A DNA stretch of 64,000 nt from Candidatus Bathyarchaeota archaeon. Lineage in GTDB: Archaea; Thermoproteota; Bathyarchaeia; Bathyarchaeales; Bathycorpusculaceae. A model generated the notes under the pieces. That model saw nothing but the letters and a program-made list of their open reading frames with translations. It was not told the DNA's origin and made no database searches. Position 1 is the first letter of the stretch. Every line of letters begins with the position of its first letter. The position numbers and the translations under genes were made by a program. The stretch lies in the NCBI GenBank assembly GCA_963767735.1, contig CAVYES010000007.1:64001-128000 (forward strand), read 5' to 3'. This document shows positions 29,402 to 39,561 of this stretch, in pieces.

Positions 29402-29683
29402 ATGGTTGAAATTACAAGATTATTTTGGAAAAAAGCATTTACATCGGACGCAATTTTGTTAGGTGAAGTGGAAAGTGCTGAGGTAGATGAGAGTACTTGG
29501 CAGATAACTAATTTCTATGTGGGTTTAACTGATGAAGCAACGAAAATGCTGGGGTTTAAGAGGCCCTATCTTGGTAAAGTGCACGTTTGCTTGCCAGTTT
29601 CCACCATTAAAACATTTCAGGACACAGCTATCTTAAACCATACCCTGCAGGAGCTTCGCAACCTCAAAGAATGCAAAGAATAA
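29402..29683 (+). CDS. PRC-barrel-like protein
   Basis: KAFTSDAILLGEV..EVDESTWQI pattern. Confidence 0.7.
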   Translation: MVEITRLFWKKAFTSDAILLGEVESAEVDESTWQITNFYVGLTDEATKMLGFKRPYLGKVHVCLPVSTIKTFQDTAILNHTLQELRNLKECKE

Positions 29684-29989
29684 CCAAATTTTACGGGCCC
29701 TAAAGTAAAAGGCAACCCGATAACGCTACTTAGTTAAATCGTAAGACCTTGGACGATACGGTTCTTAATGAAAGCTTTTCATATTTCTCACGTTTTAAGC
29801 GGCTACTGTAAATGTCGAGGGAAAAACATTGGCTTGCTGATGTCGACAGCCCGTTTTGGGTTTAATGATGAGATATTTTGAATTTAAAAAGCGTTCACTT
29901 TCACTCACCCCTCCACTGGGCAAAGTATCCTTTTCTTAGGTTGTTTTAAATACCCCATGCATTACATCATGTTCAAAGCGTGAAAGATA

Positions 29990-31051
29990 ATGAATGAAGA
30001 CGAAGACGTTGGAAACCAAAAAGAGACAGAAAATACAAAAACTGAGACGCCAGAAGCAGCCGAGAAAAAATACGAGTTCATAGAAGACCTTCCAGGAGTT
30101 GGCCCTGCAACAGCGCAGAAACTCCGAGAACTAGGCTACCACACTGTTGAATCTTTAGCCATGGCGACAGCGCGAGAGCTAGACCCAGTTGGAGTAAGCG
30201 AAAAAAAGGCTTTCCAAATCATAGATGCTGCACGCTCATCGATCGGAATTGCGTTCGTCCGAGCAGATGAACTTTTCAAAATGCGCCAAAACGTTTTACG
30301 ATTAGGTACAGGCAGCAAAGCCTTAGACAAATTAGTAGATGGCGGATTAGAATCTCAAACTATAACAGAGTTTTACGGCGAATATGGCAGTGGGAAAAGC
30401 CAAATATGCCATCAGCTTTGCGTAAACGTTCAGTTGCCCCCAGAACGAGGAGGACTCGACGGCGCAGCATTGTACGTGGATACCGAGAACACTTTCAGGC
30501 TTGAACGTATAGTGCAAATGTCTAAATTTTTAGGTTTAGATCCAGAAGAAGTAGCAAAAAAAATCATTTACGCTGAAGCATACACTTCAGATCACCAACA
30601 GTTTCTTCTCGAAAACGCTGATGAAATAATCAAGGCGAACAACATCAAACTAATCATAGTGGACTCGTTAACGGCACATTTCAGAAGCGAATATCTCGGA
30701 AGAGAAATGTTAGCTTCAAGACAACAAAAACTAAACAAGCACATGCACAAACTAATCGGTTTAGCCAGAGCATTCAACGCGGTGGCGGTCGTCACCAATC
30801 AAGTAATGGCTAAACCAGACCAATTCTTCGGCGACGCAATCCACCCGATCGGCGGAAACATCGTTGGCCACACAAGCCACACGCGCATCTACCTGCGAAG
30901 AGCACCCCATGGACCTACGCGAATTGCAAGGTTGGTTTCAAGCCCGTATTTGCCTGAAGGAGAAGAAATCCTTAAAGTAACCGAAAACGGAATAGAAGAT
31001 ATCTCTGAGGAAGAGAAAGCAGAGAAAGCAAGCAAAAGTCGTGGACGCTAA
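29990..31051 (+). CDS. radA: DNA repair and recombination protein RadA
   Basis: LPGVGP HhH, GEYGSGKSQ, IVDSLTAHFR, TNQV, GGNIVGH. Confidence 0.97.
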   Translation: MNEDEDVGNQKETENTKTETPEAAEKKYEFIEDLPGVGPATAQKLRELGYHTVESLAMATARELDPVGVSEKKAFQIIDAARSSIGIAFVRADELFKMRQNVLRLGTGSKALDKLVDGGLESQTITEFYGEYGSGKSQICHQLCVNVQLPPERGGLDGAALYVDTENTFRLERIVQMSKFLGLDPEEVAKKIIYAEAYTSDHQQFLLENADEIIKANNIKLIIVDSLTAHFRSEYLGREMLASRQQKLNKHMHKLIGLARAFNAVAVVTNQVMAKPDQFFGDAIHPIGGNIVGHTSHTRIYLRRAPHGPTRIARLVSSPYLPEGEEILKVTENGIEDISEEEKAEKASKSRGR

Positions 31052-31053
31052 AC

Positions 31054-31515
31054 ATGCCAGTACCACAAGCCTTAGTCACACGGTATTTCCAGCTTATAGT
31101 AAGCAGGCAATTCACCGAAGCTGAACGGGAGCTGGAACGAGTCAAGCAAAAAATGCAGAAAACAGAGTGGAACAGAGGATACTTCCGAGCATTATATGGA
31201 ATGTATCTTTCACGGAAAAGTGGTGCTACCGACGACTACGCGTTCTTTTCGAAGCTTGACTTGAGCGATACGGCGGCTTTGCATACTTACAGAAAAGAGT
31301 TCCTCGACCACATGCGCAACGGCTTGCATGGAGATTTTGACCGCGGATACTTCTCAGCTTGGGCAGATTGTATGCGAATTTTAACACGCATGGAAATCCC
31401 CAAACCGCAAAATGGAAGCGACAAGGCAATAGTAGAAGAAAAAATTGAAACCCTAAGAAGCGACAAGAGCCAAGCCACAATCGCGAATTTCATCGAGAAG
31501 AGCGAAGACGAATAA
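31054..31515 (+). CDS. Hypothetical helical protein co-transcribed with radA
   Basis: 153 aa, 2 bp after the radA stop, internal RGYF repeat. Confidence 0.8.
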   Translation: MPVPQALVTRYFQLIVSRQFTEAERELERVKQKMQKTEWNRGYFRALYGMYLSRKSGATDDYAFFSKLDLSDTAALHTYRKEFLDHMRNGLHGDFDRGYFSAWADCMRILTRMEIPKPQNGSDKAIVEEKIETLRSDKSQATIANFIEKSEDE

Positions 31516-31532
31516 ACTTTTTTAAAAAAAGC

Positions 31533-31826
31533 TTATACGTAAACTTTTATCACTGTGTAAAATAGAACAAAGAAAGGTAACCAGGCGAAGAAGTACATGG
31601 CTACGGCTGTGCTTAATATTTTTGATTGTTTTTCTATCTTGTTTTTGTATACTGCTTTCAGAGCGTAGTATGATGCTAAGTAAATTATTAGGGCTACTGT
31701 GAAAGAGTTAACAAGGGTGGTTATGCTGGTCATGTCACCTATCAGATAAGCTACGACTGCACTTACTGCTCCCGCAATTATGCCTAACCCGACTCTTATC
31801 CAGTAAAGTTGTGTTATAGGCGTCAT
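31533..31826 (-). CDS. Small three-TM protein, EMC6/Rab5ip-like
   Basis: YWIRVGLGIIAGAVSA first helix; three TMs; ends with F..WLPFFVLFYT. Confidence 0.65.
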   Translation of the reverse strand: MTPITQLYWIRVGLGIIAGAVSAVVAYLIGDMTSITTLVNSFTVALIIYLASYYALKAVYKNKIEKQSKILSTAVAMYFFAWLPFFVLFYTVIKVYV

Positions 31827-32000
31827 GTCGCATCTAATCCATTGGCACAGTATATTTTACTCTTACTTAAAAAACATGCCTAGATATTAACCATTTCTTT
31901 CTGCCAAATGAAATTAATTGGGCACTTTGAATTTTTAGGTGAAAAGGTTATTTTATAATCAAGCTTGAGTATTACAAGCAGACCTGTGACGGCGGAAGCT

Positions 32001-34058
32001 TTGCGCAAAAAAGAATTCACGAGCTTTGATATTGCAGCGGCAGTCAGTGAGCTAAAAGGATTAATCGCTGACTCAAGAGTGAACAACATCTACCAGCTTG
32101 GCGAGAAAACATTAATTTTCAAGCTACACAAAATTAACCTTCCACCAATACGATTAGTCATGGAAGCAGGACGAAGATTACACTCGACCGTTTACGCGCA
32201 GGAAAGCCCAGCTGCTCCGCCAGCATTTTGCATGTCACTAAGAAAATATTTGCGTGGAGCATGGCTATTAGGCATCGAGCAGTACGAGTTTGAAAGAATC
32301 GTAACGGTGACTTTTAAGACTAAAGAAGGGCTGCTTAAGCTTGTTGTAGAACTTTTCGGCGAAGGCAACATCATCTTAACAAACGAGAAAAATATGATTT
32401 TACAGGCGCTATTCTTTAAGCACATGCGTGACCGAAACATCTTGCGCAACGAAGTCTTGGTGGTTCCTCCTCCCAGCGGCAAGAACCCATTCAAAGTTTC
32501 TCTACCCGAATTAGACGAAGCCCTCAAAAATGCTGGTGACGCCGAGGTTGTTAGGACAACAGCCCGTTTGTTAGGCATCGGTGGAGTTTACGCTGAAGAA
32601 GTATTACTCAGAGCTAGCGTCGATAAAGCTAAGCCATGCCAAAACCTAACGGACACTGAAATTAAAGCGGTTTTTGACGTACTTCAAAATTTGCTTTCAA
32701 AGATTTCCACAGGCAATTTTGAAGCCAGCATAATTCTCGACGAGGAGGGGGGCTTTTTGGATGTTGTGCCCCTCAAACTTAAGCGTTATGAAGGTTTCAA
32801 AGCTCAAGTTTACAGCAGTTTTAATCAAGCACTGGACGAGTTTTATCTTCGCGTAACGACGGCTGAAAACGCGCTTGCCAGTGTTGACGTTGATCAACTA
32901 AAAAAGGAAGCAGCACGGCTAAAACGTGTGGTTGCAGAACAGGAAAAATCCATAAATGAAGATGAAGCAAAAGCCGAACGGGACAAATTAATTGGAGATA
33001 CCATTTACTCTCACTTCAACGAACTGCAAACATTCCAAGACAAGATACTGAATGCAAACCGGGCAGGCAAAGACTGGGAAATAGTTATCAATGAAGCGTT
33101 AGCAGCTAAAAAAGCCGGTAGCACACCTGAAGCGTACATTCAATCCTTCGACGGGCGCAACCTCGCACTTAACCTTTGCATGGACAACTTCCAGTTCAGC
33201 TTTAAAATACGGGGATCACTTTTTGAGAATGCTAACGAATATTATGAACGGGGAAAAAAGGCGAAGCAAAAATCCGCAGGCGCATTTTCGGCATTGGAGG
33301 ATTCTAAGAGAAAGTTAGCGAAAATTGAGAGGGAGCTAAGTGCGGCGGAGGAGTTGAAAAGTCTTAAGCCAGCGGCACTTATGGAAGCGCTCGCTAAACG
33401 TAAAGTGGAGAGGGAAAATAAGGAGTGGTACGAGAAATTCCGCTGGTTCACGTCTTCCGACGGGTTCTTGGTGGTGGCTGGCAAAGACACGGTCAGCAAC
33501 GAAGTACTCGTCAAGAAGTATACTGTGCAGGAAGACGCGGTTTTTCACGCTGAAATCTCAGGTGCACCATTCGTAGTTGTTAAAGCAGAAGGTAAAACCA
33601 TAAGCGAACAAACACTTCGTGAAGCCGGCGAGTTTGCGGCGTCTTTTTCGCGTGCTTGGCGTGAAAACGCAGGTTCAGCCGATGTTTACTGGGTTAAACA
33701 AGACCAACTAAGCAAAAGCGGTCCTTCGGGCGAATCTGTTCCCCACGGCGCCTTCGCAGTTGTTGGCAAACGCAATTGGACTCGAAGTGTCCCGCTTAGA
33801 ACTGCAGTTGGCATAATCGTTAATGAGGAAACAAGCTATGTCGGCGGACCGGTAGATGCAGTGAAAGCAAAAACTAAAGCGTACATTGTTCTGGCGCCAG
33901 GTGATACTCAAGGAAAGGAGCTTTTACAGCAAATCCTTAAATCTCTAATGCTTAAACTTCCGAAGGAGCAAAGGGAGAGAGCTGGAAAAACGTCGATTGA
34001 GCAGATTAGGGAGTTTGTGCCTTACACGAAAGGAACGATAACTCAGAAAACAATGTAA
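32001..34058 (+). CDS. rqcH: Ribosome quality control factor RqcH/Rqc2 (NEMF)
   Basis: FCMSLRKYL, ELFGEGNIIL, WYEKFRWF, GKD..SNE, FHAEISGAP, SGE..PHGAF. Confidence 0.95.
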   Translation: MRKKEFTSFDIAAAVSELKGLIADSRVNNIYQLGEKTLIFKLHKINLPPIRLVMEAGRRLHSTVYAQESPAAPPAFCMSLRKYLRGAWLLGIEQYEFERIVTVTFKTKEGLLKLVVELFGEGNIILTNEKNMILQALFFKHMRDRNILRNEVLVVPPPSGKNPFKVSLPELDEALKNAGDAEVVRTTARLLGIGGVYAEEVLLRASVDKAKPCQNLTDTEIKAVFDVLQNLLSKISTGNFEASIILDEEGGFLDVVPLKLKRYEGFKAQVYSSFNQALDEFYLRVTTAENALASVDVDQLKKEAARLKRVVAEQEKSINEDEAKAERDKLIGDTIYSHFNELQTFQDKILNANRAGKDWEIVINEALAAKKAGSTPEAYIQSFDGRNLALNLCMDNFQFSFKIRGSLFENANEYYERGKKAKQKSAGAFSALEDSKRKLAKIERELSAAEELKSLKPAALMEALAKRKVERENKEWYEKFRWFTSSDGFLVVAGKDTVSNEVLVKKYTVQEDAVFHAEISGAPFVVVKAEGKTISEQTLREAGEFAASFSRAWRENAGSADVYWVKQDQLSKSGPSGESVPHGAFAVVGKRNWTRSVPLRTAVGIIVNEETSYVGGPVDAVKAKTKAYIVLAPGDTQGKELLQQILKSLMLKLPKEQRERAGKTSIEQIREFVPYTKGTITQKTM

Positions 34059-34114
34059 TGACGGCCATAAAAGGAAGAAAATAAAAAGAAGGCGCTTCTA
34101 AGCGCTAATTGAGT

Positions 34115-34624
34115 TTATTTTGCTTTATTGGCTTCTGCTGTTTGGAACAGGTTCTTGACGGCTTTTTGCCTGTATTTCTGCGATAAGGTTTCTGCAGTAA
34201 CGTATGTTAATGCTTCTTCTGGGCACCATTTGACGCATTGAGGCTCTTTTGTGTCGTTGTCCGTGCAGCTGTTGCATGTGAACACGATTTTCTTGTCTGG
34301 ATGCATGTTCATTGCGCCGAATTGGCATGCGCTGATGCACCATCCGCAGCCGTTGCAAGCGTTCTCGTCCACGCGGATTATTCCACTGTTTTCTTCTTGC
34401 GAAAGCGCGTCTCTTGGGCACGCAGCAACGCAGGCAGGGTCTTCACAATGCCTACAGGTAACTGCCATGTTCAGGAGGGGTCCCATCCGCATAGCCCGTA
34501 TTCGTGATTTAGTAGGATTGAAGGTTTTCTCGTTAACCATGCTGCATGCGTATTCGCAAACGCAGCAACCTATGCATTTTTCGGGGTCAGCTGTTACGAA
34601 TTTTCTGTCTTGTGGTCGCACCAT
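34115..34624 (-). CDS. 4Fe-4S dicluster protein, AOR partner
   Basis: Four Cys clusters (CIGCCVC, CRHC..C, CNGCGWC, CNSC..C). Confidence 0.92.
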   Translation of the reverse strand: MVRPQDRKFVTADPEKCIGCCVCEYACSMVNEKTFNPTKSRIRAMRMGPLLNMAVTCRHCEDPACVAACPRDALSQEENSGIIRVDENACNGCGWCISACQFGAMNMHPDKKIVFTCNSCTDNDTKEPQCVKWCPEEALTYVTAETLSQKYRQKAVKNLFQTAEANKAK

Positions 34625-34625
34625 A

Positions 34626-36545
34626 CTAGTTTCCTCCTTGAGCCACTGCTTGTTGAGCAACTTGAGGTTTAGCTTCTTGAGCAGCTTTCATTGCGTTCTC
34701 GGCAATGTAGGCTAAGTCGCCTAATCCTACCTGTTGTAAGCGTTCAACTGTTGGAATACCGTCAGCTGTCCATCCTCTTGAAGCGTAATAGTCATCTAAG
34801 CCAACAGCCATTTCTTCGTCATTAACGCAGACGCCTTTGGCTGGTCCTTCATCTGGCACTGGGAAATTCTTTATTTTGTAGGGTACATCGTCGTATTTTC
34901 TTGTGCCTTTGCCTTCTCGGATATTGAAGAGTCTGGCTAAGTTTTCGATTCTGTCGCCGTCTTTAATCATTTCTTCAGGTGTAATCGGTATACCTGTTGC
35001 AAGCGTGTAATAGTTGGTTAGGTCTTTCCATCCGTCGTAGTATGTGCCTCTGCTGAACTTGCAGACGATGAGTGAGTCAATGATGTTGTACATGTAGCTT
35101 TCTTCAGTGATCATTTTGCCTCTGCCTTTCTCAATCTTGAAGCGGTTAACTTTGCCTTTAACGTCAGGTGAGTAAGCGCCGTTTCTGAGGTGGCATGCTC
35201 CGCGGAACGAGACACTGAAGCCTAGTGCGGCTGTCTTTAAGGTTCTTAAGTCGTAGCCCGGTAGTTCTAAGCCTTTGATGTGGCAGGCGTACTTGTATGC
35301 GTCTCCGCCGATTAAGTCTGCAGCTTTTGCTACACCTTCCGCAAGGATATTGCCAAGCCAGCCTTCGCGTTTACCAATCTTGTGGATTTCAGCAATCAAT
35401 GCTTCTGCATTGCCGAATTTGAGGTCGATGCCGTCTGTTTGTTCCTTTGTGATTATACCGTGCTCATAGAGGTCCATTGCGAACGCTACTACGACTCCGA
35501 TGGATATGCCGTCCATGCCGTACTCGTTTACAATGCGCATTGCTTCAATAACTGCGTCTAACCTGTCGATGCCGCAGAGAGGTCCCATGCTCCAAAGACA
35601 CTCGAACTCCAATCGTGAAGTTGAGCCCTTGTAGGGTCCCTCTGGAACAACACCGATATGGTCACAACGCATACCGCAAGTTGCGCATCCGACAATTTTC
35701 TTAACATAATGCTCGTTAAAGTATTCGCCGCTGACTTTGTCGGCGCCTTCAAAAGTTGCGTTCGTCCAGTTCCTCGTTGCTAATGCTGAAAGAGAGTTGA
35801 GAACAAGAACGTTTTCGGGTGTTCCCAAGGTTTTATATTTCTTGGTCGATGGACCTTTCATGCGTTCATAAATCATTTTAACGAATTCTTTGAAGCCATC
35901 AAGGTTTGCAACGTTAACGTCATGTGTTCCCCGAACTGCAACTGCTTTGAGATTTTTAGAGCCCATGACTGCGCCCATGCCGCTTCTTCCAATGGCACGG
36001 AACTCATCATTTATGATTGCCGCAAACCTGCAAAGTTTCTCACCAGCTTCGCCGATGGCTGAAACGCGGATATAAAAGTCGCCGAGTTCAGCTCGGATTT
36101 TATCGTCGGTTTCCTTAACTGTAGCGTTCTTTAGATACTCCGCATTTCGGATTTCAACTTTGTCATCGTCAAGCCAAAGGTAAGATAGTTTCGGCGCTTT
36201 ACCAGTTATGATAACAGCATCGTAGCCTGCACGTTTCAGGTCTGGACCAAAGAAGCCGTGGGCTTCAGCATTGCCGATACCGCCAGTGGCGGGAGATTTG
36301 GATACGACGGCGTAGCTGTTTCCACCTGTTGGTCCCATGGTGCCGCTTAGTGGACCTGTTAAATAGATAATTGGGTTATCAGGGTCAAAAGGGTCAGTTC
36401 CCGGTTTTGAATTGTCAAAAAGTAAGCGAATGCCTAAGCCTATCCCGCCGATGTAATCTTTCGCCATCTGTTCTGATAGTGGCTCGGTTTTTATTTCTCC
36501 TGTTGTGAGGTTAACATGTAAAATTTTTCCTGCATAAGCAAACAT
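34626..36545 (-). CDS. aor: Tungsten aldehyde:ferredoxin oxidoreductase family protein
   Basis: YIGGIGLG, KSPATG, GRSGMGAVMGSKNLKA, CATCGMRC, RGACHL, YYASRGW. Confidence 0.95.
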   Translation of the reverse strand: MFAYAGKILHVNLTTGEIKTEPLSEQMAKDYIGGIGLGIRLLFDNSKPGTDPFDPDNPIIYLTGPLSGTMGPTGGNSYAVVSKSPATGGIGNAEAHGFFGPDLKRAGYDAVIITGKAPKLSYLWLDDDKVEIRNAEYLKNATVKETDDKIRAELGDFYIRVSAIGEAGEKLCRFAAIINDEFRAIGRSGMGAVMGSKNLKAVAVRGTHDVNVANLDGFKEFVKMIYERMKGPSTKKYKTLGTPENVLVLNSLSALATRNWTNATFEGADKVSGEYFNEHYVKKIVGCATCGMRCDHIGVVPEGPYKGSTSRLEFECLWSMGPLCGIDRLDAVIEAMRIVNEYGMDGISIGVVVAFAMDLYEHGIITKEQTDGIDLKFGNAEALIAEIHKIGKREGWLGNILAEGVAKAADLIGGDAYKYACHIKGLELPGYDLRTLKTAALGFSVSFRGACHLRNGAYSPDVKGKVNRFKIEKGRGKMITEESYMYNIIDSLIVCKFSRGTYYDGWKDLTNYYTLATGIPITPEEMIKDGDRIENLARLFNIREGKGTRKYDDVPYKIKNFPVPDEGPAKGVCVNDEEMAVGLDDYYASRGWTADGIPTVERLQQVGLGDLAYIAENAMKAAQEAKPQVAQQAVAQGGN

Positions 36546-36734
36546 GCATTTTTTCCCTCAATTCTACTATGGGAATTCAATTGAAAAGTATATTAAGTTA
36601 ATGGCTGATTTGTTTAAATTTTCACGGTTAAATCCGACTTGTTTTAACTTGCATAACGCAAAAATAAAGCGAAAACTTAAACCGAGTAAAAATCATTCCC
36701 TGTGTTTAGGGGCGAAAAAATTTGAACAAAATAA

Positions 36735-37796
36735 ATGCTCTCAAGCAATCAGCATTTAAAGACGGAAAATTTGAGTTTTTTCCTAATTTTTAACAGTTTT
36801 AACTTAACGTACTTCACTGGTTTTTCAGGAGCCGCGGCACTGGCAATCCCCGAACAAGGGGAAAACGTCCTATATGTTGCAGGAGTCAACTACGAGCAAG
36901 CTAAAGCAGAAACTAACGGGTTAACAGTGGAGCTTCTAAAGCGAGGCGAAAACCTAATGGAAAAAATCGCCAACCAAACAGTCCCCAAGAAACCAAGCAA
37001 ATTTGCCGTGGACACTGTGCCAATTGAAAGTTGGCGTGCCCTTGCCAAAGCATTCGGCGGCGAAGAAAAACTCGAGCCAGCTAACAATGTAATCCGTGAG
37101 ATGCGAAAAATCAAAGATAAAGAAGAAATCCAGAGAGTCCGTGAAGCCTGCAATTTATCAAGTATAGGTATGCAAGTAGCGTTTGAAATCATTAGGCCAG
37201 GAGTAAAAGAGAAGCAAGTAGCAGCAGAAATCGAGTATGCCATGCGCAAGAAAGGCTCAGACGGAACCAGCTTTGACACCATTATCGCTTCAGGCGCTGC
37301 CTCAGCTTTTCCTCATGGCTCCTGCTCAGACAGAACAATCCGAGAAGGCGACTTGGTAGTGGTGGATTTAGGCGCAACCTACAACCTCTACCGCTCAGAC
37401 ATGACCCGAACCTTCACAGCTGGAAAGCCCTCCGAAAAACAAAACAAAATCTACGAAACGGTAAAGCTTGCGCATCAAAAAGCCTTCCAAACCATAAAAC
37501 CCAACATTCCAGCCAAAGAAGTTGACGCTGCAGCTAGGCAGACAATAGAAGCAGGTGGTTATGGCGAGTTTTTTGTTCACAACCTTGGCCACGGTGTTGG
37601 CTTGGAAATTCATGAAGCACCCACAGTAAGCCCTGACAGTAAAGACATCTTGAGCACTGGCAATGTGATCACGGATGAACCAGGAATTTACTTGCCAGGT
37701 TATGGCGGAGTCAGAATCGAAGACACCGTTCTAGTCACGCGCGATGGAGTTGAGAAACTTACCATTGGAGCCTACTCGTTAGGACCCAAGCTTTAA
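36735..37796 (+). CDS. Xaa-Pro aminopeptidase/prolidase (M24B)
   Basis: DLGA..SDMTRT, HNLGHGVGLEIHE, DEPGIY, GVRIED. Confidence 0.94.
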   Translation: MLSSNQHLKTENLSFFLIFNSFNLTYFTGFSGAAALAIPEQGENVLYVAGVNYEQAKAETNGLTVELLKRGENLMEKIANQTVPKKPSKFAVDTVPIESWRALAKAFGGEEKLEPANNVIREMRKIKDKEEIQRVREACNLSSIGMQVAFEIIRPGVKEKQVAAEIEYAMRKKGSDGTSFDTIIASGAASAFPHGSCSDRTIREGDLVVVDLGATYNLYRSDMTRTFTAGKPSEKQNKIYETVKLAHQKAFQTIKPNIPAKEVDAAARQTIEAGGYGEFFVHNLGHGVGLEIHEAPTVSPDSKDILSTGNVITDEPGIYLPGYGGVRIEDTVLVTRDGVEKLTIGAYSLGPKL

Positions 37797-37833
37797 GGTA
37801 AAACTAAATAGCTTGTTCGTGCGTTTTGTCTAG

Positions 37834-38412
37834 TTGAGAGTGAAATTTTTGGATAACCCAGCAATCATACTTGTCGACATGTTAAACGACTTCGTCACTG
37901 GGACATTAGAAGTTAAACGGGCCAAAGCCGTTATTCCGCCGCTTCAGAGGCTTGTTGTTGCTGCTCGCAAAAACGATGTGCCCGTCATCTACAGCAACGA
38001 CGCACACTACCCCCAAGACGTTGAAGTAACGCGGAAATGGGGCAACCATGCCATAAAAGGCACACTTGGTGCACAGGTTATTGCTGAGCTCAAACCTGAA
38101 GAAGGCAAGGATTACGTTGTGGAGAAGCGCACTTACAGCGGCTTTTATGAGACAGGCTTAGACCCACTTCTGCGAAGCCTCTACAAGGGTGAAGGCGTAA
38201 GAACGGTGGTTTTAGGTGGGTTGCATACGCACATGTGCGTGCGTCATACTGCCGCTGATGCTTTCTTCAGGGGCTACCACATAGTTGTCGCCAGCGACGG
38301 TGTAGAAGCTTTCACAAAAGAGGACCAAGAGCAAGGGCTAAAGTACCTTGAGAACGTTTACAACGCCAAGATAATGACTGTTGACGAAGTAATCAGAGAA
38401 ATAGTAAGGTGA
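37834..38412 (+). CDS. Isochorismatase-family cysteine hydrolase
   Basis: VDMLNDF, EKRTYSGF, THMCVRHTA. Confidence 0.93.
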   Translation: MRVKFLDNPAIILVDMLNDFVTGTLEVKRAKAVIPPLQRLVVAARKNDVPVIYSNDAHYPQDVEVTRKWGNHAIKGTLGAQVIAELKPEEGKDYVVEKRTYSGFYETGLDPLLRSLYKGEGVRTVVLGGLHTHMCVRHTAADAFFRGYHIVVASDGVEAFTKEDQEQGLKYLENVYNAKIMTVDEVIREIVR

Positions 38413-38503
38413 ATGCGCTGAGAAAGCCGCGGTTTGGCTGGAATTTTGTTCTTGATGTTCTGTTTGCTTTTTTTTGTTCAGAATCCTATTCGTTTGCGAG
38501 CTG

Positions 38504-38569
38504 CGACCCTAAACGGCCCAAAATGACCCTGTTCGACCCGTTCCGACCTTTCCCGCTCCAATTCGACTA
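38504..38569 (+). repeat. Seven CGACCC-like boxes at an exact 10-bp period
   Basis: CGACCC 38504, CGGCCC 38514, TGACCC 38524, CGACCC 38534, CGACCT 38544, CGCTCC 38554, CGACTA 38564. Confidence 0.8.
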
Positions 38570-38666
38570 GCAGTAAATGTATTTTGGAGCTGTTCTTCTT
38601 GAGAACACTTTGGAACATCTGTGTTCTTGAGAGAGAATTATTAGGCGCTTTGAGGTTGCTAGAGCG

Positions 38667-39539
38667 GTGAAAAACCAAATGATCGAAAAGAAACTGATAC
38701 TATGCGCAATACTCGCCATAGCAATAGGAATAGCAACAATCGTGCCAGTACAATACATGATGGCTGCCCAAGCGCAAGCAAACACTCAAACTGCCCAAGC
38801 GCAAGCAAACACTCAAACTGCCCAAGCGCAAGCACAAGCCCAAATCCAAGCCAACGCTCAGGCAACGTTGGCTCCATGGTTCAACGTTAGCATCCCATAC
38901 ATCTACGTCAACCTTGACCAAAGCGGCGGAAACAACACAATGACATGGGACGGAGCTATGATTCAAGGAATCGCAAACTTCACTTTTACCCCTCAAGCCT
39001 TCGCCCTCAACAACACAGATGCCAGAATAGAGTTCTACCAATTCCAAGTCTCATCTGACCAAGGACCAATCCTAAACATGACCTACAGCATTGCGGTAAG
39101 CAAAACAGAGTATAACGTCTCTGGACTCCCAGGCGGCGTATACACAGCAATCACTGGGTCAGGAGCCAACTCGTTCATCTTCGCAGACGGAACCATCTAC
39201 AGAGCACCCGTCAACGGCGATTGCATGGGAGGCATGGTTCTATACAGCAGCCCAGCCATTGGAAACTATACCTGCGCAGTTCTAAGCGACTACATTGCCA
39301 GTTATAACGGAAATAATGCTCCAGCAGCAATTGCTGAACTAAGAAACGCTCAAAACCTATACATCGATGTAACCAGAGCATTCTCAGTCTCGTTTGAAGG
39401 CAACGCAACCACAGCCACCACAACTACGATGACAAGCAACCAAGTCCTGCAGCACATAGAGCTAACGAAAATAGACGGCGGCTTTGTGTACGGAACCTAT
39501 ATTCAAGGAACCGTACCATTCCCAATGGAGACACCATAG
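38667..39539 (+). CDS. Secreted/membrane-anchored beta-rich protein with an AQAQANTQT repeat linker
   Basis: N-terminal KK+hydrophobic segment; 27-bp tandem duplication; many N-x-T/S sequons. Confidence 0.85.
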   Translation: MKNQMIEKKLILCAILAIAIGIATIVPVQYMMAAQAQANTQTAQAQANTQTAQAQAQAQIQANAQATLAPWFNVSIPYIYVNLDQSGGNNTMTWDGAMIQGIANFTFTPQAFALNNTDARIEFYQFQVSSDQGPILNMTYSIAVSKTEYNVSGLPGGVYTAITGSGANSFIFADGTIYRAPVNGDCMGGMVLYSSPAIGNYTCAVLSDYIASYNGNNAPAAIAELRNAQNLYIDVTRAFSVSFEGNATTATTTTMTSNQVLQHIELTKIDGGFVYGTYIQGTVPFPMETP

Positions 39540-39561
39540 AATTGCTCAGGTTGCGGCAAAC

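Noticed and set aside
29812-29875. C/D box sRNA upstream of radA
   Set aside because: Boxes are degenerate (TGTCGA) and no terminal D box is in register
38763-38835. 27-bp tandem repeat as an independent element
   Set aside because: In-frame coding repeat (AQAQANTQT) within the secreted protein
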